Positions 7,723 to 15,856 of a stretch of DNA of 18,801 nt are shown one piece after another (the stretch's first letter is position 1; each line of letters opens with the position of its first letter). Source of the DNA: a bacterium. GTDB lineage: Bacteria; Zhuqueibacterota; Zhuqueibacteria; Oceanimicrobiales; Oceanimicrobiaceae. Below the pieces are notes generated by a model. It made no database searches. It was not told the origin of the DNA and saw only the letters and a program-made list of their open reading frames with translations. Location of the stretch: positions 1 through 18,801 of the forward strand of contig JBHHXN010000100.1 of the NCBI GenBank assembly GCA_046757025.1, written 5' to 3'. The position numbers were made by a program, and so were the translations under genes.

Positions 7723-8349
7723 CTACGATTCCATGACCATTTCAAAGTTGCGTGCGCCAATCAGTTTTAACGCGTTCGCTGTCAAAGTTCGAATGATTTC
7801 CGCATCGTTTTTTACCCGCGCCAGCAACATCACGCCTTCATAATATGCCAGTAAGGCTTTGGCGCTGGCGGCGACGTTTTCGAACTCCAGATCCAGCAAA
7901 CCCAGGGCGATGGCGTCTTCCAGGGCGCTCTCAAAATATTTGCAAATCCCCGAAAAAATTTCATTGATTTTCGCGCGAATAGCTTCGTCCTCTTCGCCGA
8001 GCTCGCCTACCCAACTGCCGAACAAACAGCCCACAACCCGCTCCTGGTTGAGCTGCCGAAGGGACTGACTTTCGTACAAAACCTGAAATAGCCGGGTGAT
8101 TCTATCTAACGGTGAGTAGTTCATGGCGAATGCGGAATCGAGAACTTCGTTTTGAACCTGTTGCCAGCCGGCTTCTAATGCCGCAATCGCCAGGTGACAT
8201 TTGGAGGGAAAAAAGTAGTAGAAGCTGCCCGGTTTCACCCCCGACCGCTGACAAATTTCATGGACGCCCACGTCGCGGTAACTGCGTTCCCAGATTAGCT
8301 TCTGTGCGGTCTCGATCAGGCGCTCTCTGGCGTCGCTCACGCGTCCCAT
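7723..8349 (-). CDS. TetR/AcrR family transcriptional regulator (NemR-like C-terminal domain)
   Basis: N-terminal HTH RERLIETAQKLIWERSY...ICQRSGVKPGSFYYFFPSK. The C-terminal domain has a GCLFG motif. Four Cys in total. Convergent with the DUF5996-like gene. Confidence 0.92.
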   Translation of the reverse strand: MGRVSDARERLIETAQKLIWERSYRDVGVHEICQRSGVKPGSFYYFFPSKCHLAIAALEAGWQQVQNEVLDSAFAMNYSPLDRITRLFQVLYESQSLRQLNQERVVGCLFGSWVGELGEEDEAIRAKINEIFSGICKYFESALEDAIALGLLDLEFENVAASAKALLAYYEGVMLLARVKNDAEIIRTLTANALKLIGARNFEMVMES

Positions 8350-8756
8350 GTTTCAGCATTCGTTAAATGAATAAAATAGTTGAGTATTCGCCTATTAAAA
8401 AAATTATTTAATTTAGAATATCGGAGGTATATGGGCTTTCAGTAGCGAATTGAAGAAATTGTGATTTTTATCTTTCACGGCCTGATGATTGCAAATCTTT
8501 TCTTTTTATTCAACTTATTCCTTGCACTTGGGCACGGATTCACTTAAATTGTGTTGTTTTTTGGCACACATGCTGTCGCGATTCACTAAATGGATGATAA
8601 GTTGTTTTTCCGTCCTCGAACTTTTTTAGTTTTATAATCAAGGAAACGGCTAAATAAACTCGATTGCGGTGGTGGCCATTCTACGTCAGGAAAGCAGTTA
8701 ATTTCTGATGCCGCCGCCAGCCGTCATCATCGCTGGCATGTGTGTAAGGAGAAACC

Positions 8757-10166
8757 TTGAAAAACAATTTTATGGGCTTTTCAAATCGCAAGAATTCCAC
8801 GCTGAGTTGGATTTTGTTCCTGATGGCGTTGATTTGCTTTGGGACAATCCAACCTTCCGACGTTTTTGCTCAGTTGGCCGATTCCACCCGCCAGCTTGTG
8901 GTGGAAAAAATCGAAATCGTTGGCAACAGCAAAACCAGGCCGGAGGTGATTTATCGTTACTTAACCCTCCGGCCGGGTAAAGTCATCAACCCGGCGCTGG
9001 TGGCTGCCGACCAGCGACGCCTGCTGCGCACCAACTTTTTTAAGGAGGTGGATTTTTACACCCGGCCAGGATCATCCAAAGGCAAGCTGATTTTGGTCAT
9101 CGAAGTGAGAGAGCGCCGCTGGCCCTATTTTCAGTTTGAAGGCGGACACAGCGACTTAAGTAGTTGGTATTTTGTGCCGGCAAGTTTGCGCTTTGATAAT
9201 TTTTTCGGCCGCGGCTATCTGATGGGTCTGCGCTGGTACCTGGGGGATCGCATTAGCAAGCTGTCCCTGGGCTTTCACAGTTGCAGTTTGTTCGACAACC
9301 GCATTTTTCTGGATGTGGAGCTGTTTGGCGGCAACCTGGATTTTGTTCATTTTATCAATTCAGATCCCGGCAATGTCCGCCTGGGTTTCAACCGCAGCAA
9401 TCAGCAAGTTGCTTTTGGTGGATTGAAACTCAAAACGGGTGCCAATCTGGGACTTTTCAAATATGTCAACTTCGGTTTTCGCTCTGAAAATTTCGATCCG
9501 GATGACTTCATCAAAATTACTGAAAACGATTCTTCAACGACGATTCTGCCGGCCGCCATTCAGGGCGATATTTTAAAAACAAAAATATCGGCTTTTTCAA
9601 TCATACTCAATGCCGACAAACGGGATAACCCCATCTATCCCATGAAAGGATTTTGGGGGGCGCTTTCTCTGGAGCTGGCACATGATGCGTTCGGCAGCGA
9701 GCGCAATTTCCCCAAAATTACTTTGGATTCCCGTTTTTATAAAAAAGTGTTGCAGCGGCAGGTTCTGGCGTTTCATTTAAAGGCCGGCTACACCAAAAGC
9801 GGTGCGCCGTTTTATGAGCGCTTCTATCTCGGCGGCGCCAACTCGGTGCGCGGCTACCCCGATCGACGCCTCACGCCCGTGGGTTGGGGCACAAAAATGA
9901 TCCTCACCAATTCCGAATACCGATTTCCGATTTCAACTAAAAATTTTCCAAATCACAAAGTTTCCGGCGTCATTTTTTTTGATGCCGGCGGCGTCTGGCT
10001 GCCCGGGGAGGAGCCGAAGTTCGAGGATCTGTTTGCTGCGGTCGGGTTTGGCTTTCGTGTGCGGCTGCCGGTTTTGGGTATCACCCGGTTCGATTTTGCA
10101 TTTCCATTAAAGAAAGTAGATAATAGCGATTTTCAATTTCACATTTCGCTGGGGCATACTTTTTGA
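8757..10166 (+). CDS. Omp85 (BamA/TamA-like) outer membrane beta-barrel protein with a single POTRA domain
   Basis: Signal peptide, then POTRA (VEKIEIVGNSKTRPEVIYRYL...RLLRTNFFKEV), then barrel motifs DKRDNPIYPMKG, ERFYLGGANSVRGY, FFDAG and GFGFR, ending in Phe. TTG start with AAGGAG at 8746-8751. Confidence 0.9.
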   Translation: MKNNFMGFSNRKNSTLSWILFLMALICFGTIQPSDVFAQLADSTRQLVVEKIEIVGNSKTRPEVIYRYLTLRPGKVINPALVAADQRRLLRTNFFKEVDFYTRPGSSKGKLILVIEVRERRWPYFQFEGGHSDLSSWYFVPASLRFDNFFGRGYLMGLRWYLGDRISKLSLGFHSCSLFDNRIFLDVELFGGNLDFVHFINSDPGNVRLGFNRSNQQVAFGGLKLKTGANLGLFKYVNFGFRSENFDPDDFIKITENDSSTTILPAAIQGDILKTKISAFSIILNADKRDNPIYPMKGFWGALSLELAHDAFGSERNFPKITLDSRFYKKVLQRQVLAFHLKAGYTKSGAPFYERFYLGGANSVRGYPDRRLTPVGWGTKMILTNSEYRFPISTKNFPNHKVSGVIFFDAGGVWLPGEEPKFEDLFAAVGFGFRVRLPVLGITRFDFAFPLKKVDNSDFQFHISLGHTF

Positions 10167-10825
10167 GAGTTTTCATTAAAACTTCTTTCACCGCCCTCTT
10201 CATGGCGCTGTGGATTTCTGCAGGTTTTGCCGGTAACGAGAAAACCCTCCGGGTAGAAAGGATCAAGCCGGAATTAGTGAATGGCTATTTGACCGTCTCC
10301 GCAAATTTTCAAAATCTATTTTCAGAAAGGATCACTGGCACCATTCAAAGCGGCTTGCCTTCCGTTATCCAGATCGAAATCAAACTCATGAAGAATTCAA
10401 ACCAGCTTGTTAAACGCAAGCAAATCGTACATTCTATTTCTTACGACATCTGGGATGAACTCTATTCGATAAACACGGAAGACAGCACCGAGATTTACAA
10501 GGATTTTACCACAGCAAAAAAGATAAGCAGTCGGCTGGAGAAGAGCGCCTTGATCGCCGCGAATTTGCTCACCTCACAGGACCGTTATTCTATTCACATC
10601 CGCGTGGGTATTATTCCCATTTCTTCAAAACAAGGCGCCAAAATCGCCGACTGGTTGCTGGACCCCAATCAAACCGAAGAAAATCTGGCGTCGGAGGAAC
10701 GGGCCAGCGGATTCAAACTCAACCTGAGTAATCTGGTTTCCTTTTTTGTGGGAGGGAAAAAACGTTCGCGTTACAGTTCAGACTGGTTCACGTCCGAAAC
10801 CTTCTTTCTCAATGATTTAAAATGA
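10163..10825 (+). CDS. DUF4390-like exported protein (NtrZ-like accessory of NtrYX)
   Basis: Signal peptide and the pattern IQSGLP..I.IEIKL...ISYDIWDELY. It overlaps the upstream stop (TTGA) and the downstream start (ATGA), and occupies the position DUF4390 usually holds before ntrY-like kinases. Confidence 0.7.
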   Translation: MRVFIKTSFTALFMALWISAGFAGNEKTLRVERIKPELVNGYLTVSANFQNLFSERITGTIQSGLPSVIQIEIKLMKNSNQLVKRKQIVHSISYDIWDELYSINTEDSTEIYKDFTTAKKISSRLEKSALIAANLLTSQDRYSIHIRVGIIPISSKQGAKIADWLLDPNQTEENLASEERASGFKLNLSNLVSFFVGGKKRSRYSSDWFTSETFFLNDLK

Positions 10826-12351
10826 AAAAAATTCGCACCAAGTTGGTCCTTTCGCTTTTAGTCATTACCTTGCTGCCGGTGTTTCCCATCTATTTTCTGG
10901 TTAAAAATCTGTTGCAGCAAAGTCTGGAAATTGGTTTCAATAAGAAAGTTGAAACCGCGTTGGAACACGCCACGCAAATTTCCCGCCAGCTTAATTCTCA
11001 TTTTAAAGCTGAAAGCCTGGCGCTGGCAAAGGAGTTAGCCCGTTCCAACTGGGTGCAAAGCATCGTTTCAAAAAATAACCGCCGGGCATTGAAAAAATCA
11101 AACCTTGACTCGCTGGGTAAAAAAGCTAAAATTGACATTTTTGGTCGAGCGGGTCAATTGCTTTTTTCACATAGCGCCATGACCGGGCACGCGTTCCCTA
11201 AATTTTATCAAAATGACCTTAACCAGATGATAAATCAGGAGCAAGCGACTGTCTTGAACATGCCCGGTGATCGGGCACATATTGTGTCTTTTGCGCCCAT
11301 TTTAGTAGCCAATGCGCCGCAGGGCTTTTTAGTGCTTACCACCGTGGTGGACGCCAACTTTTTACAAGGGTCCCAGCAAATCGTTGATGTCAACCAAATG
11401 TTCAAAACGCTGAATTTTTTTGAGGATCAATTAACTCATGGTTTTATCCAGTCCTTTTTTGCGGTGTATGCGCCCATTGCGATTTTATCGGTGGCCATCG
11501 GTTATTATTTTTCGCGCAAAATTACGCAGCCATTGCTGCAATTAGTGGAAGGTACTCAAAAAGTGGCTGCGGGCAATTGGGAGCATCGCGTGCAAGTGCA
11601 ATCCCGAGACGAAGTGGGTGAGTTGGTGGCCGCATTTAACAAGATGGTCAGCACGTTAAAAGAGAAGCAAGACCGGGTGGTCGCCTTGGAAAAAATGGCG
11701 GTCTGGCGGGAAATCGCCCGCATTTTAGCGCATGAAATCAAAAATCCTCTAACGCCCATTCAGCTCACCGTGCAGCAGATGAAAGACAAATATACCGGCG
11801 ACGATGCCACCTATCGGGAGTTACTGAAAGAATGTTCTGAAATCGTCAGAGATGAAATCGAGGGTTTACGCACGCTGGTACGTGAATTTTCTGAGTTTGC
11901 CCGGATGCCCGGACTCAATCCGGTAACAGCGAATTTGAATGAGCTGGTGGAGGAAGTGAGCAAACTTTACACGGATAGCGATCTGCAAACGGCTCTCGAC
12001 GCCAGCTTGCCGGAATTTGAATTTGACCAGGAAAAACTGCGCCGCGTTTTGATCAACCTCATCGAAAACGCCCTGGACAGCGTCCGTGAAAAAGGCGCCG
12101 GCAACGTGCACATCTCAACTTCCCTGCAAAAGACACAGGCACATTTGCAAGTTAAAGATTCCGGCGGAGGCATTTCTGAGGAATTAATAGAGAAAATATT
12201 TGAACCTTATTTTTCTACTAAAAAAAGTGGCGTGGGATTGGGACTCGCCATCGTCAAGCGTATCGTCGAAGAACACGGCGGCCGAATTGCGGTAGAAAGC
12301 GCGCTGGGAGAAGGCACGACGTTTGAGATCAGTCTGCCTGTCAGTAGGTAA
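10822..12351 (+). CDS. HAMP-domain sensor histidine kinase, NtrY-like
   Basis: Two TM segments, HAMP (ITQPLLQL...DEVGELVAAFNKM), H-box WREIARILAHEIKNPLTPI, N-box NLIENA, G1 DSGGG, F-box FEPYFSTK and G2 GVGLGL. Confidence 0.95.
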   Translation: MKKIRTKLVLSLLVITLLPVFPIYFLVKNLLQQSLEIGFNKKVETALEHATQISRQLNSHFKAESLALAKELARSNWVQSIVSKNNRRALKKSNLDSLGKKAKIDIFGRAGQLLFSHSAMTGHAFPKFYQNDLNQMINQEQATVLNMPGDRAHIVSFAPILVANAPQGFLVLTTVVDANFLQGSQQIVDVNQMFKTLNFFEDQLTHGFIQSFFAVYAPIAILSVAIGYYFSRKITQPLLQLVEGTQKVAAGNWEHRVQVQSRDEVGELVAAFNKMVSTLKEKQDRVVALEKMAVWREIARILAHEIKNPLTPIQLTVQQMKDKYTGDDATYRELLKECSEIVRDEIEGLRTLVREFSEFARMPGLNPVTANLNELVEEVSKLYTDSDLQTALDASLPEFEFDQEKLRRVLINLIENALDSVREKGAGNVHISTSLQKTQAHLQVKDSGGGISEELIEKIFEPYFSTKKSGVGLGLAIVKRIVEEHGGRIAVESALGEGTTFEISLPVSR

Positions 12352-12354
12352 AAA

Positions 12355-12653
12355 GTCATTAGGTCATTTGTTTTCAACGTTACCGGGTCATTAAGTTATT
12401 GTGTTGGCAAGGATTGAAAATGAAATTAGAAGAACTCCTACTACTAATTTTTATCAACTATTTCTGGAAGCTTGGCCGAAAAATCCAAAATCACTTCCCG
12501 AAGGCGTCTCGCCGAGGGTTTTGGGGCGCAGAGTCCGGAGTAAAACTCGCTCGGTGGGGACGCCTTCGCAAAGAAAATATACTTTTAGGCCAAGCTTCTA
12601 GGCCGACACACAAATGACTAATGACAAATTACAAATAACGAATGACAAATGAC
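12355..12653. repeat. inverted clusters of heptamer repeats (GTCATTN left, NAATGAC right)
   Basis: Left: GTCATTA, GTCATTT, GTCATTA, GTTATTG (12355-12401). Right: six tandem units AAATGAC TAATGAC AAATTAC AAATAAC GAATGAC AAATGAC (12612-12653). Confidence 0.8.
12464..12601. mobile_element. MITE-like element, family B
   Basis: Terminal inverted repeats TGGAAGCTTGGCCGAAAA (12465-12482) and TTTTAGGCCAAGCTTCTA (12583-12600) match at 16/18, with CTGG/CTAG at the ends. Inner pair CGAAGGCGTCTCGCCGAG (12499-12516) and CTCGGTGGGGACGCCTTCG (12550-12568). Confidence 0.7.
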
Positions 12654-12704
12654 CCTTTGATAATAATCAAAACCTGACTTTTATTTATTTGAGATAATAA
12701 AAAT

Positions 12705-14066
12705 ATGACTACCGCAACTATTTTAATCGTGGATGATGAAAAAAACATCCGCCGATCTGTGGAAATGATCTGCAGCGGGGAAGGGTACACAGTGAAAACC
12801 GCGCCCGACGGAGAAGAGGCCATTAAAATGCTCGATGCGGGCTCAATCGATCTGATGCTGTTAGACATCGTCATGCCCGGCACCGACGGTCTGCAATTGC
12901 TGAAAAAGGTGCATCAAAAATTTCCCGAGGTGGTGGTGATCATGATTTCCGGCCATGCTACCGTGCAAAATGCCGTGACCGCTACTAAAGAAGGCGCTTT
13001 TGATTTTATCGAAAAACCGATCTCCAAAGAAAAGCTGCTCATCTCGATTCAAAACGCGCTGGAGAATCGCAGCCTGCAACGAGAAAATCTTTTGCTCAGA
13101 CAACAGGTGCAGGGTAAATACGCCATGATCGGGCAGAGTCCGGCCATGAAAGCGATCCTGCAGCAGATATCCAAAGTAGCGCCAACCAACGGTCGGGTGC
13201 TCATCTTCGGTGAGAGCGGCACTGGCAAAGAGCTCATCGCCCGTGCTATCCACGAAAACAGCGCTCGCAAAAAAGGGGCTTTTATCAAAGTTAATTGTGC
13301 AGCCATTCCGGACGAGCTCATTGAGAGTGAGATGTTTGGTAGCGAAAAAGGCGCTTACACCGGCGCTCATCAAACACGTGAGGGAAAATTCAGCCGGGCA
13401 GACGGCGGCACGTTGTTTCTGGACGAGGTCGGCGACATGAGTTTAAAGGTGCAGGCCAAAGTACTGCGGGTTTTGCAGGAAGGGGAATTTGAAAAAGTCG
13501 GCGGACATAAAACCCAGAAGGTGGATGTGCGCGTACTATCCGCCACCAATAAAGATTTGGAAAAAGAAGTAAAAGAAGGCCGATTTCGGGAAGATCTGCT
13601 TTTTCGCTTAAACGTGGTGCCCATCGAGTCGCCGCCGTTGCGGGCGCGCAAAGAAGATCTGGAGATTTTAACGGATTATTTTTTAGAGAATTACAGTCAG
13701 GAAAACGGCGTTCGCAAAAAAACGCTCACGACGGCAGCTTTGAAAATGATGCAAAATTACAACTGGCCGGGAAATATCCGCGAGCTCAAAAACGTCATCG
13801 AGCGCATGATGATCATGTGCAGCTACGATACCATCGATGTGAGCGATCTTCCCGCGAATATTCAATCGCCTTCGTTGCAGTCGTCGCTGAAAATGACTTC
13901 AGGCCTGTCTTTAAAAGAATTAAAAGAGAACGTGGAACGGGAAATGATTTTAAACACGCTGAACAAAAACAAATGGAACGTCAGCCAGACTGCCAAAGAT
14001 CTGGATATCGACCGCACGAATCTGCACAAGAAGATCAAGCACTACGGGTTAGAAGAAGGGAATTAG
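12705..14066 (+). CDS. sigma54-dependent response regulator (REC-AAA+-Fis HTH), NtrX/NtrC-like
   Basis: Receiver ILIVDDE...LLDIVMP...FIEKP, Walker A GESGTGKE, GAYTGA loop, Walker B LFLDEVG, RFREDLLFRLNV, WPGNIREL and a C-terminal HTH. Confidence 0.96.
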   Translation: MTTATILIVDDEKNIRRSVEMICSGEGYTVKTAPDGEEAIKMLDAGSIDLMLLDIVMPGTDGLQLLKKVHQKFPEVVVIMISGHATVQNAVTATKEGAFDFIEKPISKEKLLISIQNALENRSLQRENLLLRQQVQGKYAMIGQSPAMKAILQQISKVAPTNGRVLIFGESGTGKELIARAIHENSARKKGAFIKVNCAAIPDELIESEMFGSEKGAYTGAHQTREGKFSRADGGTLFLDEVGDMSLKVQAKVLRVLQEGEFEKVGGHKTQKVDVRVLSATNKDLEKEVKEGRFREDLLFRLNVVPIESPPLRARKEDLEILTDYFLENYSQENGVRKKTLTTAALKMMQNYNWPGNIRELKNVIERMMIMCSYDTIDVSDLPANIQSPSLQSSLKMTSGLSLKELKENVEREMILNTLNKNKWNVSQTAKDLDIDRTNLHKKIKHYGLEEGN

Positions 14067-14198
14067 AGAATTGACAGCCGAGTCTTTGCGTTACACAAAT
14101 CTATTCTCGCATTCAATGGATTTGAGTATTAGTTTGACAATCATTGGATGCAGGGTTTTGCCTTTATGAAATGGCACAACCACTCTTTGCTCATTTTT

Positions 14199-14410
14199 AA
14201 TCCAGATTCGGAAAAGTCGAATTAAAACACCGAAGCACACTGAAAAGCACAGAATCAAGATTTGTTTTATTTATTGCTGTCCCTAAAATCACCCATGAGT
14301 ATCGAAAACAAGAGCTGATTTTGTTGCGTGTTTCTGCAAATTCCAGTAATCTTTTTTCTCGATTCAGTGTAATTCGGTGTGCTTTCGTGTTCAATTTCCG
14401 AACTCGGGTT
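14199..14410. mobile_element. MITE-like element, family C (212 bp)
   Basis: Outer inverted repeats AATCCAGATTCGGAAA (14199-14214) and TTTCCGAACTCGGGTT (14395-14410). Inner pair ACACCGAAGCACACTGAA (14227-14244) and TTCAGTGTAATTCGGTGT (14363-14380) match at 16/18. It lies between convergent genes. Confidence 0.65.
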
Positions 14411-14449
14411 TCAGATATATTCAATGACTTTCTTTACTTCTAGTCATTT

Positions 14450-15538
14450 TTACCGCGGTTGAGCGCCAAGCCCGGACTTGTCAACCAACATGATTTTGCC
14501 ATCTCTGACTTGAATGCCTGCAAACGGATCGTTTTTGATCAGCAAGTTGCCGTCCAAATCTGCAAAGTCCACCAGGGGCGACAAACTGGCCGCCGCTGAA
14601 ATCGCCAGCGAGCTTTCCACCATACACCCCAACATGACGCTCATTCCCAGAGACTTTGCTACCCAGATCATGCGCAGGGCTTCCTGCAAGCCGCCCGACT
14701 TCATGATTTTGATGTTGATGCCGTCGAAGGCAGTGGCGAGGTTTGCAATGTCGCTGGCTTTTTTCACGCTCTCATCTGCGATGATCGGAATCTGCACCCG
14801 TTCCCGCAGCCAGCGGGTTTCGGCTAACATGGCCGCCGGCAGCGGCTGCTCGATGAGCTCGACGTTTTGCGTTTGCAGCCAGCGGATTTTTTCCAGCGCT
14901 TCTTCCTTGCTTTGCCAGCCTTCGTTGGCGTCCACCCGCAGCGGCTTGTCCGAAACAGAGCGAACGGCTTGAATGATCTCTGCATCCTTTTCTAAACCGA
15001 CTTTTATTTTGTAGATCGGGTAGTCTTCCGCCTCCTGAATTTTCTGCTGGATCATTTCCGGTGTGTCGATTCCGATGGAATAAGTGGTGACGGGCGTTTT
15101 GTTTTTATCCAGCCCAAAATATTTAAAAAGCGGCAGCTCAAGCGATTTGGTGATCCAGTCCAGCAGCGCCATATCCAGCGCGGCTTTGGCAGCCGACTGC
15201 CCGGCATCGAGCCGCTGAATGGCGGCACAGAAATCCACAATGTGCCAGGGATCGTGCGTTTGAAACAAAGGGCGGGCACGTTCGATGACTGCCGCACAGG
15301 ATTCGGCGGTTTCGTCGTAGCGAATGTTGGGTGCGGCTTCGCCATAGCCGGTGACGTCGTCTTTTTCGATAGTCACAAAAACATTTTTTTTCGAATCACT
15401 CGAACCGCGGGCGATGGTCCAGGTGTGTTTCAAGTGCAATTCGATGATCTCACAGTGCAGCTTGAATCCATTTGCACCAGTATGAAAACCATTGACTTTC
15501 TCTGGTATGAAGAATTCATGAGAATCATGAAAAATCAT
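14450..15538 (-). CDS. dipeptide (L-Ala-D/L-Glu) epimerase, enolase superfamily, YkfB/YcjG-like
   Basis: Motifs WTIARGS, GYGEAAP, KIKVG (KxK), VDANEGW, IEQP, ADES, NIKIMKSGG, GCMVES and DLDG. The exact start is uncertain. Confidence 0.93.
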   Translation of the reverse strand: MIFHDSHEFFIPEKVNGFHTGANGFKLHCEIIELHLKHTWTIARGSSDSKKNVFVTIEKDDVTGYGEAAPNIRYDETAESCAAVIERARPLFQTHDPWHIVDFCAAIQRLDAGQSAAKAALDMALLDWITKSLELPLFKYFGLDKNKTPVTTYSIGIDTPEMIQQKIQEAEDYPIYKIKVGLEKDAEIIQAVRSVSDKPLRVDANEGWQSKEEALEKIRWLQTQNVELIEQPLPAAMLAETRWLRERVQIPIIADESVKKASDIANLATAFDGINIKIMKSGGLQEALRMIWVAKSLGMSVMLGCMVESSLAISAAASLSPLVDFADLDGNLLIKNDPFAGIQVRDGKIMLVDKSGLGAQPR

Positions 15539-15649
15539 GTTCGTTTGCCGCTTTATTAATTGAAATCCAGAACACCATCATTGAGCGATTTGAACTTAAA
15601 TTTTCTTGCCAACGATTTGGGTCGTTGAGAATCTGCTGTCCACGCTTTA

Positions 15650-15811
15650 GAGCCAGTGTGAAAACTCACAAAACTTTGCCTATGTCATTCAGAAGGAATC
15701 TTTTTAGTTTTGAAGTAAAATGCTGTTTATTAAAAAGATCCCGCGGTTGAGGGATGACAATGGTGGCGTGCTTGGTTTTTAGTTGATATTTCGACTAATT
15801 CACTAAGTCTG
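15650..15811. mobile_element. MITE-like element, family A copy 2 (degenerate)
   Basis: Collinear with 4154-4308: GAGCCAGTGTGAAAACTC ... TGTCATTCAGAAGGAATCTTTTTAG ... TAAAATGCTGTTTATTAAAAAGAT ... ATGACAATGGTGGCGT ... ATTTCGACTAATTCACTAAGTCTG. Confidence 0.75.
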
Positions 15812-15856
15812 ATTAACGTTTTTTCCCTTAAATCTGCAATGAACTCTCAAAATGTT

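Noticed and set aside
8562..8578. Sigma54 -24/-12 promoter (TGGCAC...) upstream of the Omp85 operon; similar TGGCAC near 14172
   Set aside because: The required GC ten bases after GG is missing (GT and CT respectively).
12399..12617. ORFs 12399..12617 and 12401..12601 as real proteins
   Set aside because: They run through the palindromic MITE; only the MKLEEL stub is noted, as a possible remnant.
12612..12653. CRISPR array
   Set aside because: The units are 7-bp tandem repeats without spacers, and there are no cas genes in the window.
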